From: Vitrella brassicaformis CCMP3155
Lineage: Eukaryota; Protista; Chromerida
Assembly: GCA_001179505.1 (NCBI GenBank)
Contig: CDMY01000510.1
Location: 186,001-250,000, forward strand
Direction of reading: 5' to 3'
Length of the DNA stretch: 64,000 nucleotides
The stretch's first letter is position 1. Every line of letters starts with the position of its first letter. The notes below the pieces were generated by a model. That model saw nothing but the letters and a program-made list of their open reading frames with translations. It searched no databases and was not told where the DNA came from. Of the stretch, positions 61,568 to 64,000 are shown piece by piece. The position numbers and the translations under genes are program-made.

Positions 61568-64000
61568 ATGGCGGCCTTTCATTGTCTGTCCCTTGCTGTA
61601 GCAGTGCTGCTGGATCATCTCGTCCTTGGCCGAGCTCAAACGACTCCAACATCTTCGCCCCTCCATCTGCCATCCGATGGACTCATGCCGCGGCCGCAGA
61701 TGGCCCAGATGAGTATGCCGCAGCTGCCGAACGAGACGACAAAGCTGCCAGATGACCACAATCATCATGAAAACCTTCCATCTTCAAGTCGGCCGCAGAG
61801 GGCCCCGCAACACGAGAAGGGACGGCTGAATGTGTTTATTCCATGGGTGGAGGGCGGCAGGCGCCTTCCGCAGATGTTCTTCAGCACGCTCGAGTCGGTC
61901 CTGTGGCACCATCCGTCTGCCAGTGTGAGGGTGCTGACGACTGGGAGTGAGGGTGGTCACTTAGATGGTGCATTGGAGGCCTACGTGCGCCATGGGTATT
62001 CGGTGGAGTGGCTGGGCGTTGATGCGGTCTGGTGGGATCTGCCCATTGAGGCGATGCGTGTGTTGGCCGCGTGGCTGGAGAGGGGGCAGAGGGACCTGGC
62101 CACCGGACTGATGTGCTTCATCATGCAGCTGCGACTCGGGGGTACATGTCAACGACAGGCACACGTGGCTGGTTGGCATGGCTGTCTTTCTGTGCTCGTT
62201 GGTGTGTGGCTTGCAGGTGTGTGTCTGCCACCTCATGGTGTGCTTCTGAATGCACTTGACGCCTTCCTCCCCTCCACTCTGTTCGACGGCTCTCTCGGGA
62301 GCAACTCCGGCGACGAGAGGTCGGTGACAGTGGTGTTTGAGATAGCTGACAGGCGGCCAGCCGTTTACTCGATCGCCACCGATGGCCTTAAAGCTGCTCA
62401 CTCACAACGGGTGGGCCAAGCACGGGTCTCAATTCTGCGCAAATGGTGGTGTGTGTGTTTGTGCATTGCAGCCGTTCACGTGTCGGCATGAGAGCACCCG
62501 ACTGTGTGTGTCGGACTGCCCGTCTTTCATACCTGCCAACTCCACATTCGGCAAACAGGTGTGTTAGTGGAGGGTGGCGGCATGATTAGGCAGGCAACAA
62601 ACACACACCACATCTGTGTGGTGCGTGGCTCTTGTCGTGTCAGGTGCTGGACCTGATTGTGTCCCACAGCGAGATGGCGTCGACAGTCGTGGACTCTCAG
62701 TACATATCATTCTTTGGTAAATAGAACGAACGAACCAACAAGAGAGCGAGAAGCGGTCACAGCTGTTCCATGACCTGTCTTGACCTCTCAGATTTGATCC
62801 ACACGGTGGCGTACGACGCCTATCTGCAGACGAGGCGACGCACGGGCGACGGCGGCCTCAATGGCGAGCTGGTGGTCGGCATGCCGCCGTCCGTTATCAT
62901 GGAAGACATATTCCCGGACTTCCATGGCTTCGAGGTCGGTCAGTCACACATCAAAGAATAACCCGAGCAGCCCAAAATGGTGTCCTGGGCCTGTGGGGTG
63001 GGTGCAGCGGTCCATGCGGGCCACCTTCTTCAGCCAGTCCTTCCACAGCCAGCTGTACCGTGCCCGCGAGACCTACGAAGCCTCCGACTGGGCCCTCGCC
63101 ACGACCGCCAAGCTATGGCTGCCCCTCCCCCCTCACCTCACCCGCACCCCAATGCCGCGATCGGTCATCGACCTGGCCCTCACACACTTCCAGCTGGGCC
63201 ACGCGCCACACCCCTATGGCACCATGAGGGGGCTTGCTGACGGCGAGGGAGACGAAGGGCCGGGCTACCGGCTGGTGACGCACATGCGGCCCTTTCTGCC
63301 GTTCTTTCGGTCGCCAGCGTACAAGACGGAGCACTACAGCAGCTGGCTGCCGGGCGTCTTGGGCGGGGCGAGGGACTTCCGTGCTGTGCGCGTCACGCAG
63401 AAGGCCTCGGCCCGTGATGAAGAGGGCGGCACTTTCCGAGTACAGGTGAAATGACTGAATCCGAGCCAGACAGATATGTTGCCTGCGTTGCCTTATGTGT
63501 GTGTCATGGTGCGTTTGTGTTTGGTCAGATTCGCTCCTGTGTGCCACTTAGAATGGGCTGCCGCGCCTCTCAGTCACCATTTGCCGAGTCGGCCACCAGT
63601 GAAGACGGGCCGTCGATGCGAGTGCGAGTGGGGTGGCATGCTGCCGAACAGAAGGAGTGCGAGAGGGGTCTGCAGCAGCCACTTGGTGGTCGAGCTGCCG
63701 GCGGTCGCGAGGACATCCTCTCCCGCCCGTCTGTGTGCCCCCATCTAGTCTTCGACCTTGAAGGCACCGAGGCGTCCACCAATGGGGCCATGAGCATGCT
63801 ATACTTCACACCTGTGGGCCGGCCATCTCCCCCCTCACCGCCGAACAACCAGCCACCCCACTGCATCAACACCACCCTGTCAGGCGACACCGTCAAGCGC
63901 GACCCTTGTCCAGTCACCGTCGTCACTGAGGTGCCGGCGCAGCCATCGCTATCTCTCACTGATGTGGCCGATGGCCGCCTGGCGGCCAAGGGCAATGGGA
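61568..64000 (+). CDS. Secretory glycosyltransferase-like (GT32/alpha-1,4-GT-like) protein, runs off window
   Basis: Signal peptide MAAFHCLSLAVAVLLDHLVLGRA. FFSTLESVLWHHPSASVRVL and LRLGG-VCLPPHGVLLNALD parallel GT32 'LESxxxHHP' and 'YGGIYLDTDVxxLRPLD'. Confidence 0.55.

Overview
Intron-dense, GC-rich eukaryotic genomic DNA from a draft scaffold with five 300-N placeholder gaps. The microsatellite-filled introns, AP2-like gene, TLDc gene and lineage-specific ORF suggest a chromerid alveolate, most likely Vitrella brassicaformis (inference). Most listed ORFs are artefacts of intronic microsatellites, so genes were reconstructed by hand from exons. In order: 3' end of an SDR resembling bacterial xylitol dehydrogenase (+), RFC5 (-), intronless lineage-specific ORF flanked by ~45-bp hairpin-containing direct repeats (-), F-box/tandem-BRCT protein (+), membrane protein with a C-terminal SHP-like box (-), kinesin with degenerate switch motifs (+), ricin-B/ankyrin protein (+), large C-terminal-ankyrin protein (-), signal-peptide orphan (+), strawberry-notch helicase (+), ubiquitin-like/coiled-coil/RING protein (-), a ~1-kb duplication across a gap plus a poorly resolved minus-strand locus, class 3 lipase (-), BCCT transporter (+), frameshifted TLDc gene (-), GH16 hydrolase (+), AP2-like protein (-) and a DXD-less GT32-like gene (+, truncated). 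The most notable signals are complementary AC/GT-type repeats bracketing introns, GC-donor introns sharing AG|GCACGC, the direct-repeat-flanked cassette at 4.6-6.4 kb and a hairpin cluster at 26.4-26.9 kb. No rRNA, intact tRNA or CRISPR array was seen. Gene boundaries are manual and approximate.
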